The notes beneath the pieces were generated by a model. That model was not told the origin of the DNA, ran no database searches, and saw only the letters and a program-made list of their open reading frames with translations. Below, piece after piece: positions 13,364 to 26,512 of a DNA stretch of 64,000 nt; position 1 is the first letter of the stretch; each line of letters starts with the position of its first letter. A program made the position numbers and the translations under genes. The DNA is from Octopus sinensis. Its lineage: Eukaryota. The stretch is from the NCBI RefSeq assembly GCF_006345805.1, contig NC_043008.1, positions 53,754,001-53,818,000 of the forward strand, in the 5' to 3' direction.

Positions 13364-13403
<40 letters not shown>

Positions 13404-13405
<2 letters not shown>

Positions 13406-14085
13406 GGCAACAGATTAGAGACCCAGAGGTTCGTCAGATACCTTTGAGTAACCACCTAGCAACATGTGGCCGGAAAATATATATAATATTTCCACTCTGC
13501 AAATTACACAGCCCAATTGAAATCGAGAGGAAAATCAGAGAAAAAATTTTATTGATAAATTAGAACCCAAGCTAAATAAGCAATGATAATAATACTTAGA
13601 TAGCAGGAAAATTATCTTATTTAGGGTTAAAAGTTCTATTGCCACCACCATCTCCACTAGCAACAATAATTAAGGTGCTGACAATGATGATGATGACAAT
13701 TGAAATATAAAAATATAAAAATCTCTGACAAAGGCTATTTACAACATTTCTAAAAATAGCTCAACAATTGCTGCTTCGGCCAGGGTCAAGATACAGGACT
13801 CTTGACATGTCCAACAAAGCGTGACGCCTAAACCAATCAGCTCAACCAACCAATCAGCTTAAGTAATTGAGTGATACTACACAGTGATTGGTCAGAATAC
13901 AGTTTGCAAAACCTAGCATCTGGAGCCTACACAGCTGTATTTAAAGCACAGATTCAATCATCTCTCTACAGTCAAAAATTGTGAAGCATGACTGTCACCA
14001 CTACTATATGAACCCGAAGATTGCAGAATTTAATGCATGAAAGTACTAGTTCAATCAGAATGAACATTTAACATTCTATTATTTT
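13404..14085 (+). mobile_element. 5'-truncated Penelope-like element: GIY-YIG C-terminus, 3' UTR and hammerhead-like motif
   Basis: RQQIRDPEVRQIPLSNHLATCGRKIYIIFPLCKL...REK/FIDKLEPKLNK (one frameshift), homologous to the 7487-7630 region; begins directly at a (TA)n run. Confidence 0.8.
14009..14053 (+). ncRNA. Minimal hammerhead-ribozyme-like motif (U4C core variant)
   Basis: TGAAC-CCGAAGA-T TGCA GAATTTAA TGCA T-GAAA-GTAC-TA-GTTCA; 5-bp stem I, palindromic stem III. Confidence 0.7.
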
Positions 14086-14248
14086 ATTTTATTTTATTAT
14101 ATTATATTATATTATATTATATTATATCATTATAAGATTGTAAATAAAACGTGAAAATCAGACAAGGTTGGAATTCCTTATGTATATATATATATATGCA
14201 TATACATATATATATATACATATATATAGTTGTGTGTGTGTATATATA

Positions 14249-14280
<32 letters not shown>

Positions 14281-14466
14281 GTGTGTATATACACACAATG
14301 TTATGTATATCTGTAATCAATGCAAATAACGAGAACATATAATGAAGGAAGAGAACTTAGAATGTTTTCTGAATGAAGCTTCATAATCTGGTTGAAGGGA
14401 GATAATCATTTGTGATGAGAGATATATAACGACTTTTCTTGGCAGAGCTGAAGGACGTATGCATCA

Positions 14467-14527
<61 letters not shown>

Positions 14528-14528
<1 letters not shown>

Positions 14529-14729
14529 CGGGAAGCTTTATGAAAATACACAAAAGACGAAGGCAGGTGGAATACAAACAAACAATTGTATTAGTATAGC
14601 GCTCAGGAATATAGATAAAAACAAGTCTTTTACGTTTCGAGCCTACGCTCTTCAACAGAAAGATACACAGAAAAGAAACACAGAAAAGAAACAAGGAGAG
14701 AAAAAAAAAGCGTGCAGAGGCTAGCGAAT

Positions 14730-14732
<3 letters not shown>
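14528..14732 (-). mobile_element. Short Penelope-type terminal repeat in (TA)n with a hammerhead-like motif (14626-14663)
   Basis: Minus strand: TCTTT-CTGTTGA-A-GAGC GTAG GCTC-GAAA-CG-TA-AAAGA; (TA)n on both sides. Confidence 0.7.
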
Positions 14733-14787
<55 letters not shown>

Positions 14788-14938
14788 TGCAGTTAGCAGG
14801 GAACGAGACAAGTAATCTAGTTTATTCCTGTTACGAACGAGACGGATAATCTTGTGGAATTCCTGTTAAAAAAGATAAAAGGGAAAATCCAGGAGAGAGT
14901 TGAGAATACAGCAACGGCATTGCGTGGACAGTAAGAAA

Positions 14939-14941
<3 letters not shown>

Positions 14942-14996
<55 letters not shown>
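14942..14996. repeat. (GA)n microsatellite
   Basis: Read directly from the sequence. Confidence 0.95.
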
Positions 14997-14998
<2 letters not shown>

Positions 14999-15347
14999 GC
15001 ATACGGATCGGACCGTTTACAACATAACTTTGAAACAATCGCATACTAGACATGAAATTCTTTGGATATTAAATTATTTGCAAATGGATCGCTGAAATAC
15101 CAAACATATCATTTAATTGACTTATATAAAATACATTTCTGTTACCAAATTACATTCTTGAATGTTAATTCACTAATTTTACAATTCTGTTGTTGCGTTC
15201 AGAAGTCTGCCCCTTTTATACGTAAGAATTTGCCTGATCGTAACAACACACACAGATGCATAATACCTGTACTTTCTTCATCAGCAGGTCACGGGAGCCT
15301 TTTAGAAATCTACTCACTCTTTCCTTTTACATTATATATTTTATATT

Positions 15348-15730
15348 GGAGGCGCAATGGCCCAGTGGTTAGGGCAGCGGACTCGCGGTCATAGGATCGC
15401 GGTTTCGATTCCCAGACCGGGCGTTGTGAGTGTTTATTGAGCGAAAATACCTAAAGCTCCACGAGGCTCCGGCAGGGGATGGTGGTGATCCCTGCTGTAC
15501 TCTTTCACCACAACTTTCTCTCACTCTTACTTCCTGTTTCTGTTGTACCTGTATTTCAAAGGGCCGGCCTTGTCACTCTCTGTGTCACGCTGAATATCCC
15601 CGAGAACTACGTTAAGGGTAAACGTGTCTGTGGAATGTTCAGCCACTTACACGTTAATTTCACGAGCAGGCTGTTCCGTTGATACGGATCAACCGGAACC
15701 CTCGTCGTCGTAACCGACGGAGTGCTTCCA
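15348..15730 (+). mobile_element. tRNA-derived SINE, family B (young, full length)
   Basis: tRNA-like head GGAGGCGCAATGGCCCAGTGGTTAGGGCAGCGGACTCGCGG...GGTTTCGATTCCC (A and B boxes). Near-identical copies at 21808 and 27601. TSD ATATTTTATATT at 15336-15347 and 15733-15744. Confidence 0.92.
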
Positions 15731-15963
15731 TCCCATATTTTATATTATGGCTCTATTCATATTCAGATCTTGTCATCTCTCTACGAACTTCATGCAGTAA
15801 GTTAACATACAGGCAGATTTCGTACCATGTTGTAGGCAGTTCGACGATGTTCAGCTTGTGGTTTGCATCTCATCACTTAATTGTGGATAGAACTGAATAC
15901 ATTCCAAAGATTCTTCGTGCGGTTTGCCGAAGAACAGAAGCAAATGGGTACATTTATTTGCGC

Positions 15964-16024
15964 TTATCGCATAGAAACATAACTATGTCCAGTGTGTGTG
16001 TGAATGCATAAGTATACATATACC

Positions 16025-16065
<41 letters not shown>

Positions 16066-16187
16066 GTAGATATGTATGGGTATATATAAATATATATAAT
16101 ATATATATATATTATCGCATAGAAACATAATTACGTCCAGTGTGTGTATGTGTGTGTGTGAATGCATAAGTATACATATATACATAT

Positions 16188-16219
<32 letters not shown>

Positions 16220-16265
16220 GTATACACGTAGATATGTATGGGTATATATATATATATATATATAC
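15964..16265. repeat. Local ~150-bp tandem duplication within microsatellite-rich DNA
   Basis: TTATCGCATAGAAACATAA.TA.GTCCAGTGTGTG...GAATGCATAAGTATAC...TACACGTAGATATGTATGGG occurs twice. Confidence 0.85.
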
Positions 16266-17064
16266 TCACACACACACAAAGAAACATATATATATATGTA
16301 TGTGTGTGAGTGTGTATGTGCATGCATACACATGCGTATGCACACACTTACACACACACATATGTATTATATACGTATGTACATAGAGACTATTACTCTT
16401 TCTCTCACATACAAATACATGCTCATACATAATACAGTTATGCACGGACAGATTTCGTTCCATTCCATTTATATTTATTTAAGATTAGCCTTTTTTTTTA
16501 TAAAAAGCCAACATTTTCCCATTTAACTTTGAACTCTTGGCACAGAATCCATTCAGCTGTTTAGACTTTCAACCAAAACAATTCAGTGGCTAAAATAGTG
16601 ATTTTGCTTGCCGTGAAAAAATACATAAAAAACGCCCGGAGGAAATTATATTCTTAGTTAAACTAATTTCCTATTTCACTATTACCTTCTGTTGGCTTTC
16701 ATTGCGACGGTACATGCTAGGGTTACACATTTATCATTGCGAATTACCGCGAGGAGGGTATTACGTGTAAATTATTAATATCGGGGAAAATTAGCTGCTA
16801 CAAATTCGATTAGTTGATCGGTTTTAGTCTGTGGAGCGCAATAAAAAACAATAACGTTTAGGTTATAATATGAAAATCGACGCACAATGCCACCAGATAT
16901 CATATACAGTGGTTATACACTGTAACGAAAATGCGCCAAAGTTATTCTTTAATGCTCTCATGAGAAGATATATTTGATGAATAAGGATATTGGTTATTCC
17001 TAATTTGTATTTCATATAATATGGGAGTTCTGAGTGAGCGAAGTAACCATGCCCCGCCAGAACT

Positions 17065-17482
17065 CCCATCTTATATGAAATACAAATTGCTAGGGGTACT
17101 AGGTCTGTGGGTAGACCGATCTTACGTTACAAGGATGTTTGCAAAAGAGATATGAAGGCCTGCAACATCAATATTAGCGGTTGGGAGGCAGTTGCCGGCA
17201 ACCGTGGAGAATCGCGACGTACCGTAAAAGAGGGAATACAAAAGAGTGACAGAAAGAGAGAGGAGAAATGGAAAGAAAGGAAGAGACATAAACAAGAGAC
17301 CATGGCACTACAACCAGCCAGGAACAGTCTTCGCTACATTTGCGGTACCTGCCAGAGGGAGTGTTTGTCCAGGATAGGACTACACAGCCACAGCAGGAAA
17401 TGTATCAGGACATGAAATATAAAAGCCGGACTAGACTACTTCATGCGCAACTCCATTGTCCCCCGAGACAGAAAGGATGCCA
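17065..17482 (+). mobile_element. RTE-clade LINE 3' end
   Basis: GRPILRYKDVCKRDMKACNINISGWEAVAGNRGESRRTVKEG...YICGTCQRECLSRIGLHSHSRKC (RTE C-terminus with C2H2-like finger), followed by a short 3' UTR. Confidence 0.9.
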
Positions 17483-17937
17483 ATACATTACAATAAGATG
17501 GGAGCAAAACAACTGCGGGTTATGCAATAATGCTTCTATATCGCTCTATGAAATTACTATCAAATTCAAATCTTGTAATGACAGCACACTGTAAACAATA
17601 TGCGAGCTTTTAGTGATATATATAAAAAAAAGAAAACAGAAACTTTCTTTCCGATCTGATGCATCTTCTTAGCTGACCCGTCGTTGCCGGAGATGAGTTT
17701 CGTGAGGGTGTCATCAGAGAATGATGCGCATGTGTATTTGCTATTAGGTTCTGAATTTGCATGTCTTTGCATATTTGAGTAACACACACACACACACACA
17801 CAAACACATACACACACACACAAGCACGCACGTACCTATATAAGGTGGATTGGTAATGCTAGAGTTGGGCAGCGCGGACCAATTATTTTCTGTTTGATTG
17901 AGACATACATATAAATATACATAAATATATAGATATA

Positions 17938-18224
17938 TCTTTATATATAAAAGTGAAGTTGTGTGAGTGTCTGTCTCCTACGATTTAGATTCCTAACTAC
18001 TCCCACATTTTGAGGTGCAGTTTAACCAAAATCGTGATTCATATCGAGCCCTTCTGGGTATTAGCGCGCGTCTACGATGAGTCTACGATTTAAAAAAAAA
18101 ATTACCATCACTTTTTCCCATTTTTAATGCATTTTTTGCTATCGTATAAGGGAAGTAACTCTCTAAAAATACTTATATAGTTATTTCCCTTACAAACCCG
18201 AGCAACGCCGGGCGATACTGCTAG
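17938..18224 (+). mobile_element. Non-autonomous Helitron-type element
   Basis: A|TC 5' end, subterminal hairpin CCCG-AGCAACGC-CGGG, CTAG|T 3' end, no TSD; second copy at 60412-60709. Confidence 0.85.
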
Positions 18225-18329
18225 TTTATACATAAAGATATATTTATACATATCTATATTTATACATATATATTTATATATGTATATATAATATATATAT
18301 ATTAATACATATATATATAAATACACACA

Positions 18330-18371
<42 letters not shown>

Positions 18372-18440
18372 ACTTATACACACATATATACATATATTTA
18401 TACATATATATACATATATATGTATATATATATATTATAG

Positions 18441-18519
<79 letters not shown>

Positions 18520-21500
18520 TGGTTGATGTAAATTATAACATTAAGTATAAAACCAAAGTAATCCAGTTGTGAATTCCGAAAGAAACACCTGAAAATTCTC
18601 AACATCAATGTCCTCGTCAAATTCGATTTTGATGTTGAAAGTACGGAAATGGGGCTATAAAATCTCTAAAATATTCGTCTCACCGATCATTTATGCATTT
18701 CTCTGCAGAATTTATGAGTGGGCACAATAGATCTGAATATACCTACAGCAATAATATGAACTACATCATGTAAATGGAACAGAAATGATAATCAAACTAC
18801 AAATATTTAAATAACAGACAAAATTATGTTTTCTGAGAGATAAAACCATATAAAGATACGTAACCCATGGTTTGGTTCATATCAGCTACGCATATCTGAA
18901 AATCACCACATTCATGCTGTTGTTTTTGTATTCCGATGATGAATGGAAATCTATGGCCAGCATCTCTATATTTTTGTTCCACAGAAACATGTCTATGTTA
19001 CCTGGAAGAACACTGCTTCTTTATATATATATATATTACTTGATTGAATTACAGTTCCTCCGTTTACATTTTGCTGTTTGTATTATTACTCTAGATTTCT
19101 TTACTATTGAGACCTCTTGTAGATTTTCAAAGGAAAAACATCGTTGATGTTGATAGGTGTAACAAACATGTGTAGGCTGTCTGTTTTTGTGTGTATGTTT
19201 GTAAGATTCTTTGTACGTGTGTGGGCGCGTGTTTGTGTACATGTGTTATTTATATGAATAAATAATCTCTCTTCCCATATATATATGTATATCTATATAT
19301 ATGTGTGTGCGTATGTGTGTGTATTAGTGTGTGCATATACAAATGTATGCCTGTATATATAGACATATGTATATAGCTGTTAGACATATAAACTTGGGTA
19401 AAGGATAGCATTAAAAGAAAGCATCTTCTATTATCAAACTTTCTATGGAAATATACTGATAACGATTCTCAATTTACTTGCCATTGTTTTGTTATTGTTG
19501 TTTAGTCCCAGCTTAGTTCAGACTGAAAATATATGTAACCAAATGCGTTTCGAATGTATCCATCTCCCTAATTTTTTTCCTTGACCTATTGGCATACATT
19601 CTGAAGGCAGTGAGGAGCGAAACGGAGGCGAAGCTACAATTTCCAGTACATCATACTATACGATATGTTACTCCTGCGTTGTATCGAACGATTTTGTGTT
19701 GGCTCTTTCGTTAAAAGCAGTGATATTGCATAACCTCAACCCTGCTGTCTATAGTAATGTTACACAGGCATTTTGCTAGTAATACGAAGCAAGAGATGAT
19801 TTTGATTTTGTTCGTAGCCGAGTAAATGAACGGACAGAGATTCCTTCTTTGGATGAATACTCACCTTGTTTTTCAGATGCTTGCTTGGGTTTAACATAAC
19901 TTGTAAGTCATCGTTTAGAATCTCGCGGTTCACTGTACAAATGATCTATTATCGGTAGACATGAATCAGCGAACAGGCTGTTCGCTAAAACTATGAAAAA
20001 AACAACATCATTGGTTCTTGTTAGTTTCATCGGCCAGGGTTCTTCGCGCTGAAGAAACCCCGGTGTCGCACATTTATGAAGGGAGCTGTTGTGAATATAT
20101 AGTCGCTGTTAAAGATAAGCTCTTTTGTGACAAACACAACAATAATTAGCATATTTGCGTTCGAATCTACTTGAACGTATTAAGAATAAACAAGCAAGCC
20201 ATCGTCGTCATTAGCTACAGCGCTATCTTGCTTTCAGCATCTATTTACATTGTACATAGATTATCAAAACTGCTAAAATTAATGTGCAGGCTTACGCAAA
20301 CTGAAGATAGATCTAATATTTAATTTGTATCATCATTAATTTCATGTTTATTAGCAATAGCTAATTATTATAAATGAATTTGCTATGAAACTAACTTCAT
20401 TAACGGGGAGATTATTTCTTGCTTGAACAGAAACTGTTACCCGAGTGACACTTTCTGTACCGAATAACATATGAATAAAAGAAAATGTCTAAATATTTCC
20501 AAACACTATTGATTGCTTCTATGTTTCTTTACTAGTAATGTTCATTGAGCATTTGGCATCTTCTCTTGATGCTTAATGTACTAAAGAATCATTTGAACAT
20601 CGATCTGAAGAAATATGTTGGTATGCATTATACAATTCCCGCTAGCATCTCCGATGGCACTACCACTAATATTAATTGAATCTAGTTTAATAGTTTCAAC
20701 TTAATTACAAACGAGAAGTTTAAATTATCTAATTATTAATTGTTGTATCTTTATTGATGCAGTTTCTCTAAATTCTCAAATGACGGAAAATGGAATTGTT
20801 TGATCACGAAACACCACCGTTGACGCAACACACTACCTCTAGCGAATAAGATCTGCACGAACAAACCCCTAATAAAATAGGAATTAGACAACCCTCAAGG
20901 GGTTGCTTGGCCAACAAAGAATGGACGTAGAGGAAGATGGCAGGAAAAATTAGATGTGCTGGTGAACAAGAGGGATTGGGAAAGGGGGCTGTGTGCACTA
21001 AAGGCCTCTCTACGGTATTTATTTTTTAATTGATTTATGTTTAATAATATGATACATATTATTAAACTAACCCGAGCAGTACGTCTGAGCCAACCCATGT
21101 CATAAACGTGCAAATTCTTCTCAACAGCGTTGCTCCAACACTGCAATGAAAGGCGCCTCTACGGAGTTTCTCGACCTGCTAGAAATAGAAGCAACATAAC
21201 ACCCTCTTATTTCACCCTACCGATGTAAGAAAGAAAACATTCAATATTGTAATTCTTGGTAGATAGTGACATAACAAAAGGACGAGAGGATAACGACCGG
21301 ACCAACTTAACTTTGATAATATATGCGGTTCGCTGATGCTGGCATGGAGCTAGATTTCAACAACAAAAACAGAACTGGAATATGCTAAAAAGACTAGTAC
21401 AGAGAGATAACAGGGTAACGCCGCTATTAGAAAGTTGAGAGGAGGTGTCAGATAAAATAAAAAAACAAGGATACTATGCAAAGAGAAGTAAAGCTGAGTT

Positions 21501-21807
21501 AGAAGGAATGAAGGGCAGGAAGAAAGAACAGGTGGAAGGAAGTGGTAGTTCAGAAATTTCCGACATCCTCTCTCCATAGACTACTAACGTTGTCCTTTTG
21601 TTGTCACTCTGTACAGGATCACAACTATGTTACCTGAGATACACTGAAAAATAAGGTTGTTCGCAAATGTTGTTGTCTGAAGAGAGATGGCCGAAATTTG
21701 CCCTGTTTATACCATATTAAAATTGTTCATTATGTATGTCTAAAGGTAATTTAAAATTCAGGTTTCATTTTCTTGTATTTCTTACCTCATTATTTATAAT
21801 TATGTGT

Positions 21808-22192
21808 GGAGGCGCAATGGCCCAGTGGTTAGGGCAGCGGACTCGCGGTCGTAGGATCGCGGTTTCGATTCCCAGACCGGGCGTTGTGAGTGTTTATTGA
21901 GCGAAAACACCTAAAAGCTCCATGAGGCTCCGGCAGGGGATGGTGGTGATACCTGCTGTACTCTTTCACCACAACTTTCTCTCACTTATTTCCGTGTTTT
22001 GTTTGTACCTGTATTTCAAAGGGCCGGCCTTGTCACACTCTCTGTGTCACGCTGAATATCCCCGAGAACTACATTAAGGGTACACGTGTCTGTGGAGTGC
22101 TCAGCCACTTACACGTTAATTTCACGAGCAGGCTGTTCTGTTGATTCGGATCAACCAGAACCCTCGTCGTCGTAACCGACGGAGTGCTTCCA
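21808..22192 (+). mobile_element. SINE family B, full length
   Basis: Near-identical to 15348-15730. Confidence 0.92.
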
Positions 22193-22589
22193 TCATTTAT
22201 ATTTATATATAATAAATATAATTATGGAATGGATCTCCGTCGGTTTCGATTATGAATATGCACTTATTCGATCTTTACCTGCTTTATCCAATTAACGTGC
22301 TCATTGAATCCGAATGACTGAAAATTCCACAGCCACCTGTGTGCTTGGGCAGAATCAGCCAGACAGAGTATTTAACATGAAGAATCTTTTACTTATAGAA
22401 GCAATTTTTCCACTAGGTTCCTCACAGTTTCCACCATCGTCATTTAAGGACAATGCTCAGGACAACCCGAAGCTATGGCAGAAGACACCTGACCAAAATC
22501 ACGCGCAGAGAGATCGAACTCGAATTTACCTGACTGCAAAGCAGCTCCTTAACCATTCGGCTATTTATAATTATATATTCACATCCATT

Positions 22590-22960
22590 GCTTTATCGTG
22601 TAGAAGCTTACTTTGCAACCGTGTAGTCTCAGTTTCAGTCCTACAGTAAGGCACCTTTGGCAAGTTACCTCTGCTATAAATTCAGGCCTCGTGGGTGAAT
22701 TTAGTAGTCAGAAAATGTGTGGAAATCCGTCGCATATAAATGAGTGTATATATTTGCGTCTATGTTGGACCCCCTCCTCTTCACTTGACAACCGGTGTTG
22801 GTTTGTTTACGACTCCGTAATTTAGCGATTCGGTAAATGACGCCGTTAGAATAAATACCAAATTTTAAAGAAATATGTTCTGGGGTCGATTTTTTGGACT
22901 GAATCATTTAAGGTGGTATTTGCAAGGTCGCAATCCAATGACTAAAATAAGTAAGTGGCA
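22590..22960 (+). mobile_element. SINE family C, decayed
   Basis: GGCACCTTTGGCAAGT...CTTGACAACCGGTGTTGGTTTGTTTACG...GGGGTCGATTTT...ATGACTAAAATAAGTAA; homologous to 53965-54408. Confidence 0.75.
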
Positions 22961-23179
22961 GACATTAAAAGATAATAGCTGTATTTCACTTAGTCATGGA
23001 CTTCATAAAATATTATTTTATGCGATCTTATTATATTCTGCTTCGTAGTATGTTTCCTAAAGGACCCGCCATTGCAACTATAGAAGCCAAGGTGGGAAAC
23101 TAAAAAGTCATTTCGAATAATTTAACTTGAGATACAATTGTTTTGAAAATAAGACAGAGTAGTCATGACTGACTACTAT

Positions 23180-23510
23180 GTGAAGGCTCATAGCTCAGTG
23201 GTTAGAGCTTACGATCGTGAGGTTGTGATCTCGAATCTTGAACCGGGCTGCATGTTGCGTTCTTGAGCAAGACACTTTATTTGACGTTGATCCAGTTCAC
23301 TCAGCTGTAGAAATGAGTTGCGACGTCACAGGTGCCAAGCTGTATCAGCCTTTGCCTTTCCCTTGGATAACACTGGTGGCGTAGAGAGGGAAGGCCGGTA
23401 TGCATGGGCGACTGCTGGTCTTCCATAAACAACCTTGCCCGGACTAGTGCCTGGGAAGGTAACTTTCTAGGTGCAATCCTATGGTCTGCGTCGTGACCGA
23501 AGGGGGTCTC
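23180..23510 (+). mobile_element. tRNA-derived SINE, family D
   Basis: Head GTGAAGGCTCATAGCTCAGTGGTTAGAGC...TCGAATC; TCATGACTGA occurs on both flanks (TSD-like); the 3' part recurs at 26190-26305. Confidence 0.8.
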
Positions 23511-23584
23511 ACTCATGACTGAAATGTGTTTGATCACAACCCCGCTGAATCACTACCAAAGTACAACAGCAATAACACAATAAT

Positions 23585-24215
23585 TATAATGTAACAATTT
23601 TAAGACTTATCTTATGTTGTCAGGTTTGCAACTAGCATAACCTTCGCGATTTCGGTAGAATGTCAATGTTACTAGACATAGCGCAGTCAGACTTACAATG
23701 AACATAAACTTGGCAGCTTAAGGTATAATGTCAGTTTGAAGACTTATTTTATGTCGCAATTATACTCACAGTAAACAGTAAAAACACTAATCTTAACGGT
23801 CGTGATACGAGGTCACAGTTTTAAGACGCATCGTATGTAAGAGATTTAGAATAAACAGTAAAACCGGTTTCTTTTGTGATTTTGGTACATGGTCACAGTT
23901 CTTATAACTTATATTGCAGTCACATCTAAAGTATACAATAAGAACACTAACCTTAGTGCCTACGATTAAAAGGTAACAGTCACAGGTTTAAGACTCGTCC
24001 TAAGATGTAGACGAAGTTGAAGTAAATAGTATAAGCAATTACATTTTATGGCTTCGGTACAAGGTCGCAGGTTGTGTTTTTTCTCATGTTACGTTCAATT
24101 TTACATTAAGCTGTAAGAAAATTACGGTAGCTACGATGCAAGGTTAGAGCTTTAAAGACTCAAATTATGCCACAGACAGATTTACAATAAACAGTAATAA
24201 GATTAATGTGTTAGC
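23585..24215. repeat. Ancient diverged ~80-bp tandem repeat, about 8 units
   Basis: Recurring AGGTCACAGTTTTAAGAC-like and TAAACAGTAA-like motifs spaced ~70-90 bp apart. Confidence 0.7.
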
Positions 24216-24883
24216 GCAAACGTAATAAATTTATATCGGACATTATTCATCAGAAGTCATGCAACAGAACAGAATACAGCAGCCAACAAGAAGCGGCAAC
24301 GAGATAGACATAAATGGAACGAAGAAAGATTAAAGAAAAGAAAACGATTGAAAGAATGGAAAAATGACAAAACAAGAAATTATAAAAAGATAAAAAAGTA
24401 AACAAAAGTCTCCAACAATTTCTCGAAAAAGCAGACGATAATATTCAGACGTATTCATTCTATTTTCCCAGCATGACATTAGTTACGTTGTATTCTCTGC
24501 GGCATCACTACGAAATGATTAGTTGAAAAGTTTGGAATCATGCAAATACTTCTGCGTAGAGTGCTATTATATTTCCCCTTTTGTGATTCCGTGGGGGGTG
24601 GTTATGCTGCCGGTACAGGTGAATGCATGCGTGTGTGTCTGTCTGTCTGAATGTGTGCGAGAGAGAGTAAGAAAGAGTGAGAAAGAGAACCAGACTATGT
24701 GTATATGTGCAGTTATATGTAAGACAGTGCCGAGGCATAGCCGCAGTCCAATAAACGAAGAAAGTAGAAGCGGTAAAGAGGATGTGTGGCTGCGAATGGA
24801 TTTGTGTATTGGTTTATACATATATTAAATGTATATTTTGAATACATATCTATATACATGTTTATAAGTATGTATGTGTAATA

Positions 24884-24923
<40 letters not shown>

Positions 24924-24947
24924 TTATTTATATACGCGCACACACAT

Positions 24948-25028
<81 letters not shown>

Positions 25029-25341
25029 CTGTGTTTGGATATATTTAAGTACGATTGTATGTATGTATGTATTTATGTGTACAGGTGCAGTTCTATTTAC
25101 GTTTGAGTGGTCTTCAAACAATACTGAATATTAAAGTAAAGTATAATTGTTTACCGATGTGTTGAGATTGTTGAATAACTACTACTCGCAGACTGAATCT
25201 TCACCACTAAATTATCCATACATACATACATACATAAATACATGCATGCATGCAAACCTATACGAACACACATACACATACACACACATATATTTACATC
25301 TGACTATCTGTCGGTCTATTTCCTGTTTGTATATATATATA

Positions 25342-25395
<54 letters not shown>

Positions 25396-26189
25396 ACATG
25401 TATGTATGTTTATGCATGTATGTATCTATACATATACATAGAGAGCTAGAGAGACACAGAAGAGGGTGACAGGGGATATGTTATATATTATATATATATA
25501 CATTATATATATATATAATATATATATATTAAATATATATATATAACTATATATATATACTTACATATATTATCTATATATATATATATATATATATATC
25601 TATATATATATATTATATATATATATATATATAATAATATATAATATATATATATAGACACATACTACATCTCTTTTATTTATATAGGTAGAAGTATGTG
25701 TTATATGTATATGTACGTCAACGCGTGGGATGAAAATATATGACTTCGTTACAAAGAGGCAAATGTAATGAATACTACATCGGAAGTACAATAAACCGAG
25801 TTTACCTACGCGTTAAAGAACACCTTTATGGTAATGCTACTCCCATCAAACCCACATAACAAAATACCATTCTCAAGAAATCCATATTTACAGTGAAGCT
25901 ACAGAAAGAATAATCGGGAACTTGATAAAAGGAACTCTTTCAATAAACAAGTCTTTTGATTGGTTGATTGCCTACTATAGCATCGCAAACTCAGCCTTCA
26001 TAAACACATTACAGAACAGAGAAGTCAGTTCACAATAACTTTTCTCCGTCCATGGAGAATAAAAACAAAGAAAGTAATTTGATGTCGTTTCCAGATAAAT
26101 AACACCATGTGGCATGAGTTGTTAAATAGTGGCCTAACATCTAGTAGCCATCTTGAATTTGCTTCATCCGATGCTTTCTCCTTGGACAA

Positions 26190-26305
26190 ATCGGTATGCA
26201 TGGGCGACTGTTGGTTTCCCCCATAAAACCTAGCCCGGACTTGTACCTCGGAAGGGAACTGCCTAAGATGCAATGATATGATTATTCGTTCCCGAAAGGG
26301 GGCCT
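26190..26305 (+). mobile_element. SINE family D, 3' fragment
   Basis: CGGTATGCATGGGCGACTG.TGGT...CCATAAA...GCCCGGACT.GT.CCT.GGAAGG.AACT matches 23396-23505. Confidence 0.75.
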
Positions 26306-26310
26306 TTAAC

Positions 26311-26349
<39 letters not shown>

Positions 26350-26440
26350 TACATACTACATTTATAGATATATATATATAATATATAATATATATATCTA
26401 TATATATATATATATATTATATACACACACATACATAATA

Positions 26441-26512
<72 letters not shown>

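Noticed and set aside
15348-15420. tRNA gene
   Set aside because: The tRNA-like head continues into a ~380-bp body repeated three times and flanked by a TSD, so it is a SINE; there is no proper acceptor stem or terminator
21694-21716. CTGAAGA...GAAA hammerhead candidate (similar partial hits near 9316 and 50255)
   Set aside because: Stem II and stem I do not pair convincingly; compatible with chance or advanced decay
23585-24215. CRISPR-like repeat-spacer array
   Set aside because: Whole units are homologous and degenerate, there are no identical repeats with unique spacers, no cas genes, and the context is eukaryotic
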